Origin: Candidatus Latescibacterota bacterium | Lineage (GTDB): Bacteria > Latescibacterota > UBA2968 > GCA-2709665 | Assembly: GCA_965208835.1 (NCBI GenBank) | Contig: OZ242358.1 | Span: 3,776,001 to 3,840,000, forward strand | Direction of reading: 5' to 3' | Length of the DNA: 64,000 nt | In this document: positions 30,995 through 41,061 of the stretch, piece by piece | Layout: each line of letters begins with the position of its first letter | How positions within the stretch are numbered: position 1 is the stretch's first letter | The notes under the pieces: model-generated | Databases searched by the model: none | What the model saw: the letters and a program-made list of their open reading frames with translations, nothing else | Told to the model about the DNA's origin: nothing | Translations under genes and position numbers: made by a program

Positions 30995-32458
30995 TTATGC
31001 GTTATGTGCGACATCCCTGGATGCTTCGACGTATGCATTCAGGTGCGCTAAAGCCCGACCGCTGATGATCGTGTCCTTCACGCGTTCGACAGCCGCGGAC
31101 GAATCGACATCGAATCCGAGCAGATTGTCCTTGATCGCCGTGTTCAGCACGATCTGGTCATAGATCCAGCCCCTCCGTCCGGAAAGGGCTGAGCTGCCCG
31201 CTTTTGCAAAGGCGTCTGCACATACGGTTTCGGGTCGGGGCTGACTGTCGTACCCGAATCCGGCGGTCTTCGGGTCGATGTCGCGATCGTATCTTTCAAT
31301 TCGTCCGTCGCGTGTCCGGAAGCCTCTTACATTGTTAATGGCTTTCCGTTCACCTTCGGAGGGTTTGCCGAGCCGCAGCCCGAAGGAACTGCCGCCTTCC
31401 ATTCCCTTAACGACAAGGGCCGAGTTGAGACCACGATCCGCAGCAAGTCGCAGAAACATGTCTTCGTATCCCGGATGGTAGTATCCGATGACCATGTGGT
31501 TCTCTCCTGGGCAGGTAAAGAGCCGCTGGGCTTTCTCCGTTGCCGCCCATGGCGGTCGTTTGCCGATATGCGCACGGAGTTCTCTGGCAGCGCAGGCGGC
31601 CGGCGAGAAAATCCGCTGGCTCACGTATGCGAAACCCACGTGCGGATTTTCAATGAGCTCTCCCGCCTGTTCCAGCGTGAGATCGACGTTCGCCCCAAGC
31701 GCCTTGAGGATCTGTTCGTCGGTGACCCCCCATTTCGGCGGCATCCCGTCTACCCCGTGAAGAACCGTCGGGCGTCCGAGCGCGGCCCTGACAGCCGCTA
31801 CGAAAAGGGTCGGGCGGAAGTATCTGTTCGATCCGTCGTACGGTTCACCGAAATGCGTGAGCGAGCCAACGTTCAGTTCCACGACGCTGGACGGGTCAAA
31901 CGCGGCGTCCAGGTATCCGCGCGCTTCGTCGTACGTTTCGCGGTTCATCCGCTGGCCGATGAGCGCCGCGCCCTTGAGCGCAGCCCGCACGCGACCCTCG
32001 AGAATAACGCCGCACATCCGTCTGGTCTCGCCGTAACTCAGGTGATCGCCTGAGAGGATCCCGCCGAGAGCCGAGATGAGAACCGCTTCCCGTTCGTTCT
32101 GCGCTTCCAGTTTCCGGGACGGATCCAGCACGAAAAGGACTTCGGCCGGCAGATCTCTGCGTAGCGTCGAGCGGTACCTTTCAAATGCCCGGGTTTCGGC
32201 GCAACTCCACCGTGTCTTGGACGGGAATCGGCGTCGCAAGGCCATGGCCGCGAAGAACGCACCCATCTGAACGGTCGATACGCGCTTCGCATCGGGTAAT
32301 TCACCCCTGACGGAACGCAGAATCAGTTCCAGGATGCGGCCGGGCTGGGGATCGGCGGGTTTCAGGCCCAGCGGCCGGGACTGATGTGGTCCGGTGCAGA
32401 CGCGGGATTGAGCTTCCAGAACTTCGTGGTTCGGACCGTGGTGGCGTTCAGTCGACAT
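30995..32458 (-). CDS. Anthranilate phosphoribosyltransferase-like protein (TrpD2/YbiB-like)
   Basis: QMGAFF, GEPYDG..RY, LHGV..MPPKWGVT, R.HIGKRP and VKGMEG. Confidence 0.75.
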   Translation of the reverse strand: MSTERHHGPNHEVLEAQSRVCTGPHQSRPLGLKPADPQPGRILELILRSVRGELPDAKRVSTVQMGAFFAAMALRRRFPSKTRWSCAETRAFERYRSTLRRDLPAEVLFVLDPSRKLEAQNEREAVLISALGGILSGDHLSYGETRRMCGVILEGRVRAALKGAALIGQRMNRETYDEARGYLDAAFDPSSVVELNVGSLTHFGEPYDGSNRYFRPTLFVAAVRAALGRPTVLHGVDGMPPKWGVTDEQILKALGANVDLTLEQAGELIENPHVGFAYVSQRIFSPAACAARELRAHIGKRPPWAATEKAQRLFTCPGENHMVIGYYHPGYEDMFLRLAADRGLNSALVVKGMEGGSSFGLRLGKPSEGERKAINNVRGFRTRDGRIERYDRDIDPKTAGFGYDSQPRPETVCADAFAKAGSSALSGRRGWIYDQIVLNTAIKDNLLGFDVDSSAAVERVKDTIISGRALAHLNAYVEASRDVAHNA

Positions 32459-32485
32459 GGCTTGCGTACCCTTCAGTGATATTAA

Positions 32486-32567
32486 GAAGCTGTCTTAAAA
32501 CCCGCAGCGGTCTTCGCGCGGCTGCAAAAGCGTCGGTCGGGACTCACCGTTGATTTTAAACAACTTC
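32486..32567 (-). mobile_element. MITE-like element, family B, minimal 82-bp derivative
   Basis: GAAGCTGTCTTAAAA...TTTTAAACAACTTC with an exact TAA duplication. Confidence 0.82.
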
Positions 32568-32762
32568 TAAATCGGCGTTAGTATACATGAATTCCGGTGT
32601 GCTATCAAGCGGGTCTGGCGGTGCCTCCGGTCTCCGGGGATGTGGACCGGGCCAATGCCGGACGACCGGCCCGGGGCGTATCGGGATCGAAAAAACGGTT
32701 TGCACACAAGGTGTTTTTTGTTAAATAAGACGTGATTGACGCAATCGTGATTCGTGCCGTAG

Positions 32763-33560
32763 GTGAGATCGAAAATGACTGTATTCCTCCTGTGTCTGTT
32801 CCTATTGGGTTGGACGAATACCCGGCTTCAGGCCGAAACCGTTCGCGTGTATGCCGCAGTCAGCCTGATCGGATCGATGAAGCAGATCGAAAGGATCTTT
32901 GAAGAGGAAAGCGATATTGAGGTCAGTATGTCGTTCGCGGCGTCTTCCACGCTGGCCAGGCAAATCGGGCGAGGGGCGCCCGCTGACGTATTTATCTCCG
33001 CGAATCCGGCATGGATGGATTATCTGGAGTCACAGGGACTGATTCACACGGACACGAGAACCGACCTGCTCGGCAACTCGCTGGCAGTTGTGGTTCCCCT
33101 CGGAGAGGGGTTCCAGATTGAATGGGAGAAGCGGTTCGACTTTGCCGCGGCGTTTGAGGGACCGCTGGCTCTGGCGGACCCCGAACTCGTTCCCGCGGGA
33201 ATATACGCAAAGCAGGCGCTCATACGCCTGGGATGGTGGGCCGATCTGAAAGGCCGACTGGCCGTCTGCCAGAACGTGCGTTCCGCGCTCGCATTCGTGG
33301 AACAGGGGGCCTGCGCGGCAGGCGTCGTCTACGCGACCGACGCGGTTTCGAGCGCCCGGGTCGAACCGCTGGCGGTGTTTCCAACGGGCATGCATGACGT
33401 GATTGTTTACGCCGCCGCAGTCCTGAAGGGTCGGGACGTCGCGAATTCGCGTCGGTTTCTGGATTTCCTGAAATCGGCGGCCGCGTGCGATGTATTCAGA
33501 GAGGACGGCTTTCGGATCCCCGTTTCCCTGCGAGAGATCGAACAACACGGGCGGGACTGA
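32763..33560 (+). CDS. modA: Molybdate ABC transporter substrate-binding protein
   Basis: Signal peptide, YAAVSL, FAASSTLARQI..GAPADVFISAN, VPAGIYA and VYATDA. Confidence 0.93.
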   Translation: MRSKMTVFLLCLFLLGWTNTRLQAETVRVYAAVSLIGSMKQIERIFEEESDIEVSMSFAASSTLARQIGRGAPADVFISANPAWMDYLESQGLIHTDTRTDLLGNSLAVVVPLGEGFQIEWEKRFDFAAAFEGPLALADPELVPAGIYAKQALIRLGWWADLKGRLAVCQNVRSALAFVEQGACAAGVVYATDAVSSARVEPLAVFPTGMHDVIVYAAAVLKGRDVANSRRFLDFLKSAAACDVFREDGFRIPVSLREIEQHGRD

Positions 33561-33632
33561 CGCACCGGGCGCCGCGTGCAGTTGCCAGCGGTCCGGATAG
33601 CAGTTGCCGTCCAACAGACGAGGGTAGAGGAC

Positions 33633-34751
33633 ATGTCAATTCTGAACAGACTGAATATCGGCGTTGCGGGCGCCGCGGGCAGAGGCGGGGGTTTTCGTGC
33701 GGCTTTTGACGCGCATCCCGCCGCCCGGTTGCATGCCGTCTGTGACATACGTGAGGACCTGCTGGACGCGGCGGCCGAGAAGCTGGGCGCCTCGGAAACC
33801 TATACAGACTACGACGAGATGCTTGAAGAGTCCGATCTGGATGCCGTGGTTATCGGTACGCCGATGCAATTCCACGCGCCGCAGGCGATTGCGGCCCTGG
33901 AGTCGGGCGTCCACGTCCTGAGCGAGGTCACGGCCGCGGTTTCAGTGGACGAGTGCAAAAGCCTGGTTGCCGCCGCCGCGTCATCGGAAGCGATCTACAT
34001 GATGGCGGAAAATTTCACGTATATGAAACCCAACGTGCTTGTGAAAGAACTGGTGAGGCGCGGACTGTTCGGCGACGTCTATTACGCGGAGGGCGAGTAT
34101 GTACACGAATTGAAGGGATTGAACGAGATAACGACCTGGCGCCGGAAGTGGCAGACGGGAATCGACGGCGTCACCTACGGCACGCACAGCCTGGGGCCGA
34201 TTCTTCAATGGATGGCGGGCGACCGCGTGGCACGGGTCTGCTGCGAGGGCAGCGGACACCATTACAGGGATCCCAGAGGGAATCGATATGAGAATCAGGA
34301 TTCCTGCGTGATGCTGTGCAAGACCGTCAAGGGCGCGCTGATCAAAATACGTGTCGACATGCTGTCGGACCGCCCTCACTCAATGGCGAACTACTCCCTT
34401 CAGGGCACCACGGGATGTTACGAGTCTGCACGTGCCAAAGGGGAGGCGAACCGGATCTGGCTCGGGGACTTGTGCGAAGACGGGAATACCTGGAAGGAAC
34501 TGTCGGAACTGGAAGAAGAATATATGCCGGAGATGTGGCGCAACCCGTCCGAAGACGCGCTGAAGGCGGGTCATGGAGGAGGCGATTATTTCGAGGTTCT
34601 GGATTTCGTGAACGCCATCACGGGAAAGGCGCCCTGCCCGATCGGGATCCACGCAGCCATGGACATGACGTTACCCGGTCTGATCAGCCAGGCATCCATC
34701 GCGAGTGGCGGCGCATGGCTGGATGTTCCGGATTCGAGGACCTGGGTGTAA
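33633..34751 (+). CDS. Gfo/Idh/MocA family oxidoreductase
   Basis: Rossmann N-terminus, HVLSEV, YMMAEN, YYAEGEY.H and GHGGGDY. Confidence 0.88.
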   Translation: MSILNRLNIGVAGAAGRGGGFRAAFDAHPAARLHAVCDIREDLLDAAAEKLGASETYTDYDEMLEESDLDAVVIGTPMQFHAPQAIAALESGVHVLSEVTAAVSVDECKSLVAAAASSEAIYMMAENFTYMKPNVLVKELVRRGLFGDVYYAEGEYVHELKGLNEITTWRRKWQTGIDGVTYGTHSLGPILQWMAGDRVARVCCEGSGHHYRDPRGNRYENQDSCVMLCKTVKGALIKIRVDMLSDRPHSMANYSLQGTTGCYESARAKGEANRIWLGDLCEDGNTWKELSELEEEYMPEMWRNPSEDALKAGHGGGDYFEVLDFVNAITGKAPCPIGIHAAMDMTLPGLISQASIASGGAWLDVPDSRTWV

Positions 34752-34791
34752 TGAAAATCCGGTGGGACCCCGAGGCTGCGGTCGATTCGCC

Positions 34792-35580
34792 TTACACAGG
34801 TCCTGGCGCCAATGCACCCGCACCGAAAATGACCGAAAATTCGTTTCCGCGCGCGGACTTGGTTGCCGCGTGCATATAACAGACGCTGAACGCCCTGCGG
34901 GGAAGGTCCGTGTGATTTGTGCCGGAACTGTGTAACAGCCAGTTGTGCAGAAGAACGACTTCGCCCTCATCGAGTTCCAGGTATACGGGCTCAACTTTCT
35001 GAACCGATTCGTCGATCTGCACGGGGTCCAGGAACCCGCTCGGGCTTTCGGGATTGACCAGGCCCCATTTGTGAGACCCGGGGATGATTCTGACACAGCC
35101 GTTTTCAACCGTGGCAGGGTCCAATGCCGTCCAGACGGTAACGAGCGGGTCCCTGTCGAGGTCCGTCCAGCGGTCCTGGTGCCAGGTCAGGTTGTGACCC
35201 TTTCCGGCGGGTTTGTTCATAAACATGGCGCGGAAGCAGGCCACCGGTTCATCTCTGCCGTATACCCGGGCGCAGATGCTCCGGAAAAGCGGATTCCGCA
35301 TGTAAGCGAGGAACAGTTCATCGAATTCCAAATCCTGGATTTTCCGGTAGTTCAGGGTGGCGCCCTTATGCCCCCTGGTCTGGGGTCCTGGACCTTCACG
35401 GCCTTCGACGACGTCCAGCTGCATCATCGTGCGACTGTAATCCACGGGTGCGGTACCCAGCATGATATCGTCGATTCGCCGCTTGAGCGCCGCCATGGCG
35501 GCGGTATCCGCAACCCTGCCCAGGCGAAGATAACCCCTGGCTTCAAACCGTTCCCACTGTTCGTCGTTCAGGCTGCTCAT
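34792..35580 (-). CDS. PhyH-family Fe(II)/2-oxoglutarate dioxygenase
   Basis: WHQD, ALDPATVENGC..IIPGSH, LLHSS..N and RRAFS. Confidence 0.9.
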   Translation of the reverse strand: MSSLNDEQWERFEARGYLRLGRVADTAAMAALKRRIDDIMLGTAPVDYSRTMMQLDVVEGREGPGPQTRGHKGATLNYRKIQDLEFDELFLAYMRNPLFRSICARVYGRDEPVACFRAMFMNKPAGKGHNLTWHQDRWTDLDRDPLVTVWTALDPATVENGCVRIIPGSHKWGLVNPESPSGFLDPVQIDESVQKVEPVYLELDEGEVVLLHNWLLHSSGTNHTDLPRRAFSVCYMHAATKSARGNEFSVIFGAGALAPGPV

Positions 35581-35728
35581 TGGCGTCCCCCGGGGAAGAG
35601 CCCACGAACCCTGCGTCCGCCATTCCGGCCCGGCGGAAAGGAGTCGATCGCATCCGCTGATATCGGATCTCCTGAAGCAAGTTAATAAAGACAGGATCGG
35701 TCATCAAGTTTTCCGCGAGGAGCGGCCA

Positions 35729-36700
35729 ATGTCGGACACGGTATTGTATCTCTCGAGAAGTGACGTGGAAGCGGTGAGTCTGTCGATGTCGGAGATCATC
35801 GACGGGCTGGACCGGATGTTTGTGGAAAAAGGAGAAGGCAAGGTAGAGATGCCGCCAAAGCCGGGCATCCACACGCAACCGGATGCATTCATTCATGCGA
35901 TGCCGGCGTATATACCGAGCCTTGAATCGGCAGGAATGAAGTGGGTGTCGGGATACCCCGAAAACCAGGCAAAGGGGTTGCCGTATATCAGCGGGCTGTT
36001 GATTCTGAACGATCCCGAGACCGGCATTCCAACGTGCGTGATGGACTGCACATGGATTACGGCAATGCGGACCGGTGCCGCAACGGCGGTTGCGGCGAAA
36101 TACCTGGCACGCAAAGACAGCTCTACGGTTGGCATTGTCGCCTGCGGCGTCCAGGGCCGTGGAAATCTCGAAGCGCTCTCGTGTGTTTTCGATATTCAGG
36201 AAGTAAGGGCCTACGATCTCTATCCGGATCTTGCCGATCGATTCGCGGCGGAAATGGGACCCCGGCTGGATGTGCGGATAGAGCCGGTTCGCGAGGCTTC
36301 AGAGGCCGTCAGGGGACTGGACATCGTGGTTACCAGCGGCCCGGTTCTGAGACATCCGGAACCGGTGGTTGGCAGCGGGTGGTTGTCCGAGGGATCGTTT
36401 GCGTGTCCTCTGGATTTCGATTCATATTTTCGAGACGATGCGTTCCGCGAAGCGGACAAGCTGGCATGCGACGATACCGGCCAGTTGAACTATTACCGCA
36501 AGACCGGCTATTTCCGTGACATCCCCGAGCCGTATGCCGACCTCGGAGAAATCGCGGCGGGGCTGAAACCCGGACGGGAGTCGGCGAAGGAGCGCACGAT
36601 TGCGATCAATCTGGGCCTTGGCCTGGAAGACATGGCCACTGCGATTCTGGTTTATCGTCGTGCGTTGGCGCTGGAAATCGGGACCGAGCTACCGCTGTAG
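35729..36700 (+). CDS. Ornithine cyclodeaminase / mu-crystallin family protein
   Basis: HAMPA, GMKWV, ITAMRTGA, CGVQG and GLGLEDMA. Confidence 0.9.
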   Translation: MSDTVLYLSRSDVEAVSLSMSEIIDGLDRMFVEKGEGKVEMPPKPGIHTQPDAFIHAMPAYIPSLESAGMKWVSGYPENQAKGLPYISGLLILNDPETGIPTCVMDCTWITAMRTGAATAVAAKYLARKDSSTVGIVACGVQGRGNLEALSCVFDIQEVRAYDLYPDLADRFAAEMGPRLDVRIEPVREASEAVRGLDIVVTSGPVLRHPEPVVGSGWLSEGSFACPLDFDSYFRDDAFREADKLACDDTGQLNYYRKTGYFRDIPEPYADLGEIAAGLKPGRESAKERTIAINLGLGLEDMATAILVYRRALALEIGTELPL

Positions 36701-36735
36701 TCAGGCCCTTCAGACGAATACGCCGGGGAGGTGAA

Positions 36736-37857
36736 ATGACTCGACAGACCGACGATCCGAAACAGATCGGGCTATCCGAAGAAGGCATCCGGGCGGCTTG
36801 CGGAATCCTGGAGGAGGCGGTGATCCGGGAAGAGCTGATGGGCGGCGCACTGCAGGTGTCGCGGGGCGGAGTCTCCCTTCCGCCAGCGTGTTTCGGGCGC
36901 CGTAGACTGGCCACGGACGATTGTCCGGTCGCGCCGGACACCCTGTTTCTGATCGCATCCATTACCAAGCCGATCGTGGCGGCGGCGGTAATGTCGCTCG
37001 TGGAGCGGGGCAAAGTCTGCCTGGACGACCCCGTGGCAGAATTAGTACCGGAGTTCGGGCAGGCGGGCAAGGATGGCGTGCAGGTGCGGCATCTCCTGAC
37101 CCACACTTCCGGACTCCCGGACATGCTCCCTCAGAATCTGGCATTGCGGGCGGAACATGCGCCGCTGGATGTCTTCATACAGCATATCTGCGGGGTGGAG
37201 CTGCTTTTCGATCCCGGAACGCGGATATCGTATCAGAGTTGCGGAATCGCGATGCTGGGCGAGATCGTTCAGCGAGTGGAGGCGACACCCATCCGGACCT
37301 TCCTGAAGCGTACTTTCTTCGATCCGCTGGGACTCGTGGATACGACGCTGGGTTTGCTGAAACGGAGCCCGCGGGAGTCCGACGTAAAGATCCGCAGCGG
37401 CGAGTACGGCGGGGCTGACGTCGTGTCATGGAACTGGAATTCAAACTACTGGCGCGGATTTGGCGCCCCGTGGGGAGGCCTTCTGACGACCACGGCGGAA
37501 ATGACGGCGCTCTGTCAGACCTTTCTGTACGGCGGTTCACTGAACGGAATCCGCGTTCTGAAGCCTTCGACCGTCGCCGCAATGACAGCGGACCAGACGT
37601 CGGCGATGCCGGATCTGGTCCGGGCGGACAGGCTCAGACAGCGATGGGGGTTGGGATGGCGCCTGCGCGACCGGGTAAGTTCAATCTTCAGCGATCTGAC
37701 TTCGGACGCCACCTTCGGACACGAGGGGGCGACGGGCACGGTGGCGTGGGTGGATCCTGAAACCGAGACCACGTGCGTACTGTTTACCAACGACCCGCAC
37801 GGCGCGGCTTCCCTGCGTCCACGGGTGGGCAATGCGGTTGCGGCCTCGGTGATGTAG
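36736..37857 (+). CDS. Serine hydrolase (beta-lactamase class C-like)
   Basis: SITK, HLLTHTSGL, YQS and FGHEG. Confidence 0.88.
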   Translation: MTRQTDDPKQIGLSEEGIRAACGILEEAVIREELMGGALQVSRGGVSLPPACFGRRRLATDDCPVAPDTLFLIASITKPIVAAAVMSLVERGKVCLDDPVAELVPEFGQAGKDGVQVRHLLTHTSGLPDMLPQNLALRAEHAPLDVFIQHICGVELLFDPGTRISYQSCGIAMLGEIVQRVEATPIRTFLKRTFFDPLGLVDTTLGLLKRSPRESDVKIRSGEYGGADVVSWNWNSNYWRGFGAPWGGLLTTTAEMTALCQTFLYGGSLNGIRVLKPSTVAAMTADQTSAMPDLVRADRLRQRWGLGWRLRDRVSSIFSDLTSDATFGHEGATGTVAWVDPETETTCVLFTNDPHGAASLRPRVGNAVAASVM

Positions 37858-37948
37858 TCGGGGACCGCACTTCGAGCGTATCGCGGCGGCCTCCTGCGTT
37901 CCGGTGCGGGACACGGATGCTTCGTTCGGTCCAACGAGGCAAGCAGTT

Positions 37949-38917
37949 CTATCCTTCAACGTGGACGTTGCCGAAGAGCGTGCTGACCGATTCGTCGTTG
38001 TGGATGCGGCGGATGGCTTCCGCCAGAATGGAAGCGACGGAAAGTACCTTGATTTTTCCGTTCCGGACGTTTTCAGGTACGGGAATGGAATCTGAAACGA
38101 CGAGTTCCGTCAGGACGGAGTTCTCCACGCGCTCAACCGCGGGGCCGGCCAGTACGGGATGTACGATCGCGGCGCTGATATCCAGAGCCCCGTGTTCCCT
38201 CAGAGCCGCAGCTGCCTCGACCAGCGACCCGCCCGTGGAAATCAGGTCATCTATGATCACGACGTTCTTGCCTTCGACGTCGCCGATGATGTTCAGAACT
38301 TCGGTCTGCGTTCCGCTCGAGCGTCTTTTGTCGACAATGGCCAGAGGAGCGTCCAGCAGCTCGGAATAGGCGCGGGTCATCTTGATGTTACCCAGGTCGG
38401 GCGTGACCGTGACCAGGTTTTCCATGCCCTTCTCCATCAGGTAGTTTCCGAAGACATTGATGGAGTAGAGATGGTCCATGGGGATGTCGAAGAATCCCTG
38501 GATCTGGTTAGAATGCAGATCCAGCGAGAGAACCCGTCTGGCGCCGGCGGTCACGATGAGATTCCCGATCAGTTTGGCAGTGATCGGCACCCGCGGCCTG
38601 TCCTTCCGGTCCTGGCGGGCATAGCCGTAGTACGGCAGCACGGCGGTAATGCGACGCGCGGAGGCCCGGCGGGCCGCGTCGATGAGGATGAGGATCTCCA
38701 TCAGGGCGTCATTGGGCGTATATTCCCCGTTACCGCAGATGGGCTGAACGATGTAGACGTCGTTGCCACGCACGTTCTCGCGGATCTGGACGCTGGTTTC
38801 TCCTCCTGGAAAACTCGTGACTTCGGCCACTCCAAGTTCGATATCGAGGTGTTGACAGATTCCCTCGGCGAGGGATCTGTTTATGTTGCCGGTGAAGACC
38901 TGAAAGTCGTAACCCAA
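37949..38917 (-). CDS. prs: Ribose-phosphate pyrophosphokinase
   Basis: PYYGYARQDRK, DLHS.QIQGFF and IIDDLISTGGSL; AAGGAGG before TTG 38917. Confidence 0.96.
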   Translation of the reverse strand: MGYDFQVFTGNINRSLAEGICQHLDIELGVAEVTSFPGGETSVQIRENVRGNDVYIVQPICGNGEYTPNDALMEILILIDAARRASARRITAVLPYYGYARQDRKDRPRVPITAKLIGNLIVTAGARRVLSLDLHSNQIQGFFDIPMDHLYSINVFGNYLMEKGMENLVTVTPDLGNIKMTRAYSELLDAPLAIVDKRRSSGTQTEVLNIIGDVEGKNVVIIDDLISTGGSLVEAAAALREHGALDISAAIVHPVLAGPAVERVENSVLTELVVSDSIPVPENVRNGKIKVLSVASILAEAIRRIHNDESVSTLFGNVHVEG

Positions 38918-39019
38918 ATCGTCAGCCTCCTTTGGGGAAATCGAGTCGCGGGGTTGAATCGCCGATTCCGAAAACGTCGGTTGAAATATAAAAACCGCCA
39001 GACGCCGGAACAATCGAAT

Positions 39020-39051
39020 TTGACAATGCAGGACGATTCGGATAGCGTCAA
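39020..39051. promoter_or_regulatory. Candidate overlapping divergent sigma70 promoters (prs / truC)
   Basis: Plus strand TTGACA-17-TAGCGT; minus strand TTGACG-17-CATTGT over the same 32 bp. Confidence 0.4.
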
Positions 39052-39203
39052 TTCATCGTCAGGGCGCGGCCTGTCGATACCTGGACGGGCCTTCGCGGGC
39101 GTTTCAGTTCGGCGCGTGTCGGAAGTTTCGTTCCGGATTCTCCTGCATTGTCGGGATCTGTCGAAGTGCCGCTGATTTCAGGAAATTTTATACATCGAGT
39201 GCC

Positions 39204-39932
39204 GTGCTGACCATCATCTACCAGGACGACCACTACGTTGCCGTTGACAAACCGAGCGGCATCTTCGTTCACCCGACCCGCCTGGGACGCCGGGAGCCCA
39301 ACTGCATGTCCCGCCTGGGCAGGCAACTGGGTCATCCCGTATTCACGATTCACAGGCTGGACCGCGCCACGTCGGGCGTGCTTCTCTTCGCGCTGAGTTC
39401 CGAGGCAGCCCGTAAAATGTGCCTCCTGTTTGAAGAGCGCAGCATCCGGAAGGAATACCTGGCCGTGGTTCGGGGATTTGCGCCCGAAGCCGGACGGATC
39501 GATCATCCCCTGCGCAAAGACAGGAAAAAACCGGCGGCGGATGCGGTGACCGACTTTGTCCGGGTGGGTAAGTCCGAACTTCAGGAACCCGTTGGCAGAC
39601 ACGATACAGCGCGTTTCTCACTGGTACGGGCGGTTCCACATACCGGCCGCATGCACCAGATCCGGAGGCACATGGCCCACATCTCCCATCCCGTTCTCGG
39701 CGACACCAGGTACGGCGACGGCGCGCAGAACCGGTTCTTTCGCGCCCGGTTCGGCATGCGCCGTCTGGCGCTGATGGCCGTCCGCCTCGCATTTCGGCAT
39801 CCGTATACCCGAGAAAACGTCTCTGTCGTCGCGGAACCGTCGGAGGACCTTGAAGCGACGTTCACTGCGCTTGGCTGGAGCGAGTCGTCAGGCCCGTGCT
39901 CTCATCCGCCCCTGGCTTCCTCTACACTCTGA
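39204..39932 (+). CDS. truC: tRNA pseudouridine synthase C-like (RluA family)
   Basis: VDKPSG..VH, HRLDRATSGV and TGRMHQIRRH.AH..HP..GD. Confidence 0.82.
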   Translation: MLTIIYQDDHYVAVDKPSGIFVHPTRLGRREPNCMSRLGRQLGHPVFTIHRLDRATSGVLLFALSSEAARKMCLLFEERSIRKEYLAVVRGFAPEAGRIDHPLRKDRKKPAADAVTDFVRVGKSELQEPVGRHDTARFSLVRAVPHTGRMHQIRRHMAHISHPVLGDTRYGDGAQNRFFRARFGMRRLALMAVRLAFRHPYTRENVSVVAEPSEDLEATFTALGWSESSGPCSHPPLASSTL

Positions 39933-40966
39933 GGCCGCCCTGAAACGTCTCCGCCGGCCCACCTGTACAATCTCGGCAAGAGCGCCAGCGTTCGATCTTC
40001 GAGAGGAAGTCTTATAGGGGAACTGTTGCCGCGCACCGATTGCCTGGCCGCAATGGCCACCTCGAGGGCCTGGCGCAGATCATGACCCGTAATCCACGGT
40101 TCGCCCCGACCGCGTACTGCTGCCAGGAACGACCTGAGCGACCCGGTCAGATATTGAAATTCGCTCCATTCATACGGCTCATAGGCGGTTTGTTCTCTTG
40201 TGCGACGCCCCTCCGGATCAAATCCACGGTAGACCTCCGGGGGCGCCCAGTTCCATCGCACCAGTGAATCATCGGTCCACACATCCACGCCGCCGTGCGG
40301 TGTTGGCGTGCCAAATACCGCGCAATCGATGCCCGAACTCATTCGAAGCCAACCGTGAAGAACAAGACCCTCATCCGTTTCCGCAGCCAGCGCCTCCTCT
40401 TGCGCGCCCCAGGCCATCACTTCCTCCACTTCCGCACCGGCAAACAACCTCAGTACTGATATATGCTGACAACAACCGCCCGAAATCTCACCGCCGAATC
40501 CGTGAACGCTGGCCCCTCTCAATGCGCCGAATTCACCGGCGTGAATCCGCCGGGCCACTTCCTGAACCTCGTGCATCGCCCGCTGCAGATTGCCCCCGCC
40601 GAACACCACCTCCTGTTTTCTGCAGACATCGACCATCTCGTCCGCATCGGCCAGCAGACCGGCGATGGGTTTCTCCGCCGTCACCCCCTTCACACCCGCC
40701 TGTGCGCACGCCACCACCGCATCCTTAATGTACTTTACCGGTGTTACCACGGAGGCCACGTCGGGAACCGCGTCACGTAACAGGGCCTCCGCGTCCGGAT
40801 AAAGCGCCGTTACCCCGAATCGTTCGCCCACCGCCCGGCGTCGATCCGCGTTGACGTCGGCAATGGCGACGAGCTCAGTATCCGGATAGGCCGCAAATGC
40901 TTCGGCGTAGACCTGGCCCATTCTACCGCATCCGATGACAGCCGCGCGTAGATTGACTTCACTCAT
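39902..40966 (-). CDS. Gfo/Idh/MocA family oxidoreductase
   Basis: IGCGRMG and EKP motifs. Confidence 0.87.
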   Translation of the reverse strand: MSEVNLRAAVIGCGRMGQVYAEAFAAYPDTELVAIADVNADRRRAVGERFGVTALYPDAEALLRDAVPDVASVVTPVKYIKDAVVACAQAGVKGVTAEKPIAGLLADADEMVDVCRKQEVVFGGGNLQRAMHEVQEVARRIHAGEFGALRGASVHGFGGEISGGCCQHISVLRLFAGAEVEEVMAWGAQEEALAAETDEGLVLHGWLRMSSGIDCAVFGTPTPHGGVDVWTDDSLVRWNWAPPEVYRGFDPEGRRTREQTAYEPYEWSEFQYLTGSLRSFLAAVRGRGEPWITGHDLRQALEVAIAARQSVRGNSSPIRLPLEDRTLALLPRLYRWAGGDVSGRPQSVEEARGG

Positions 40967-41061
40967 TGTGCTCTCCCTTGCTTGCAGGAATCCGTCCGGA
41001 CGCGGAGGGCATGGTGTCGGGGGCGACGATCGAAGGAAAAACCCGGCAGGATCTCAGCTAC

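Noticed and set aside
32570-32762. Possible Moco riboswitch or ModE box upstream of modA
   Set aside because: No recognisable consensus elements were found by eye.
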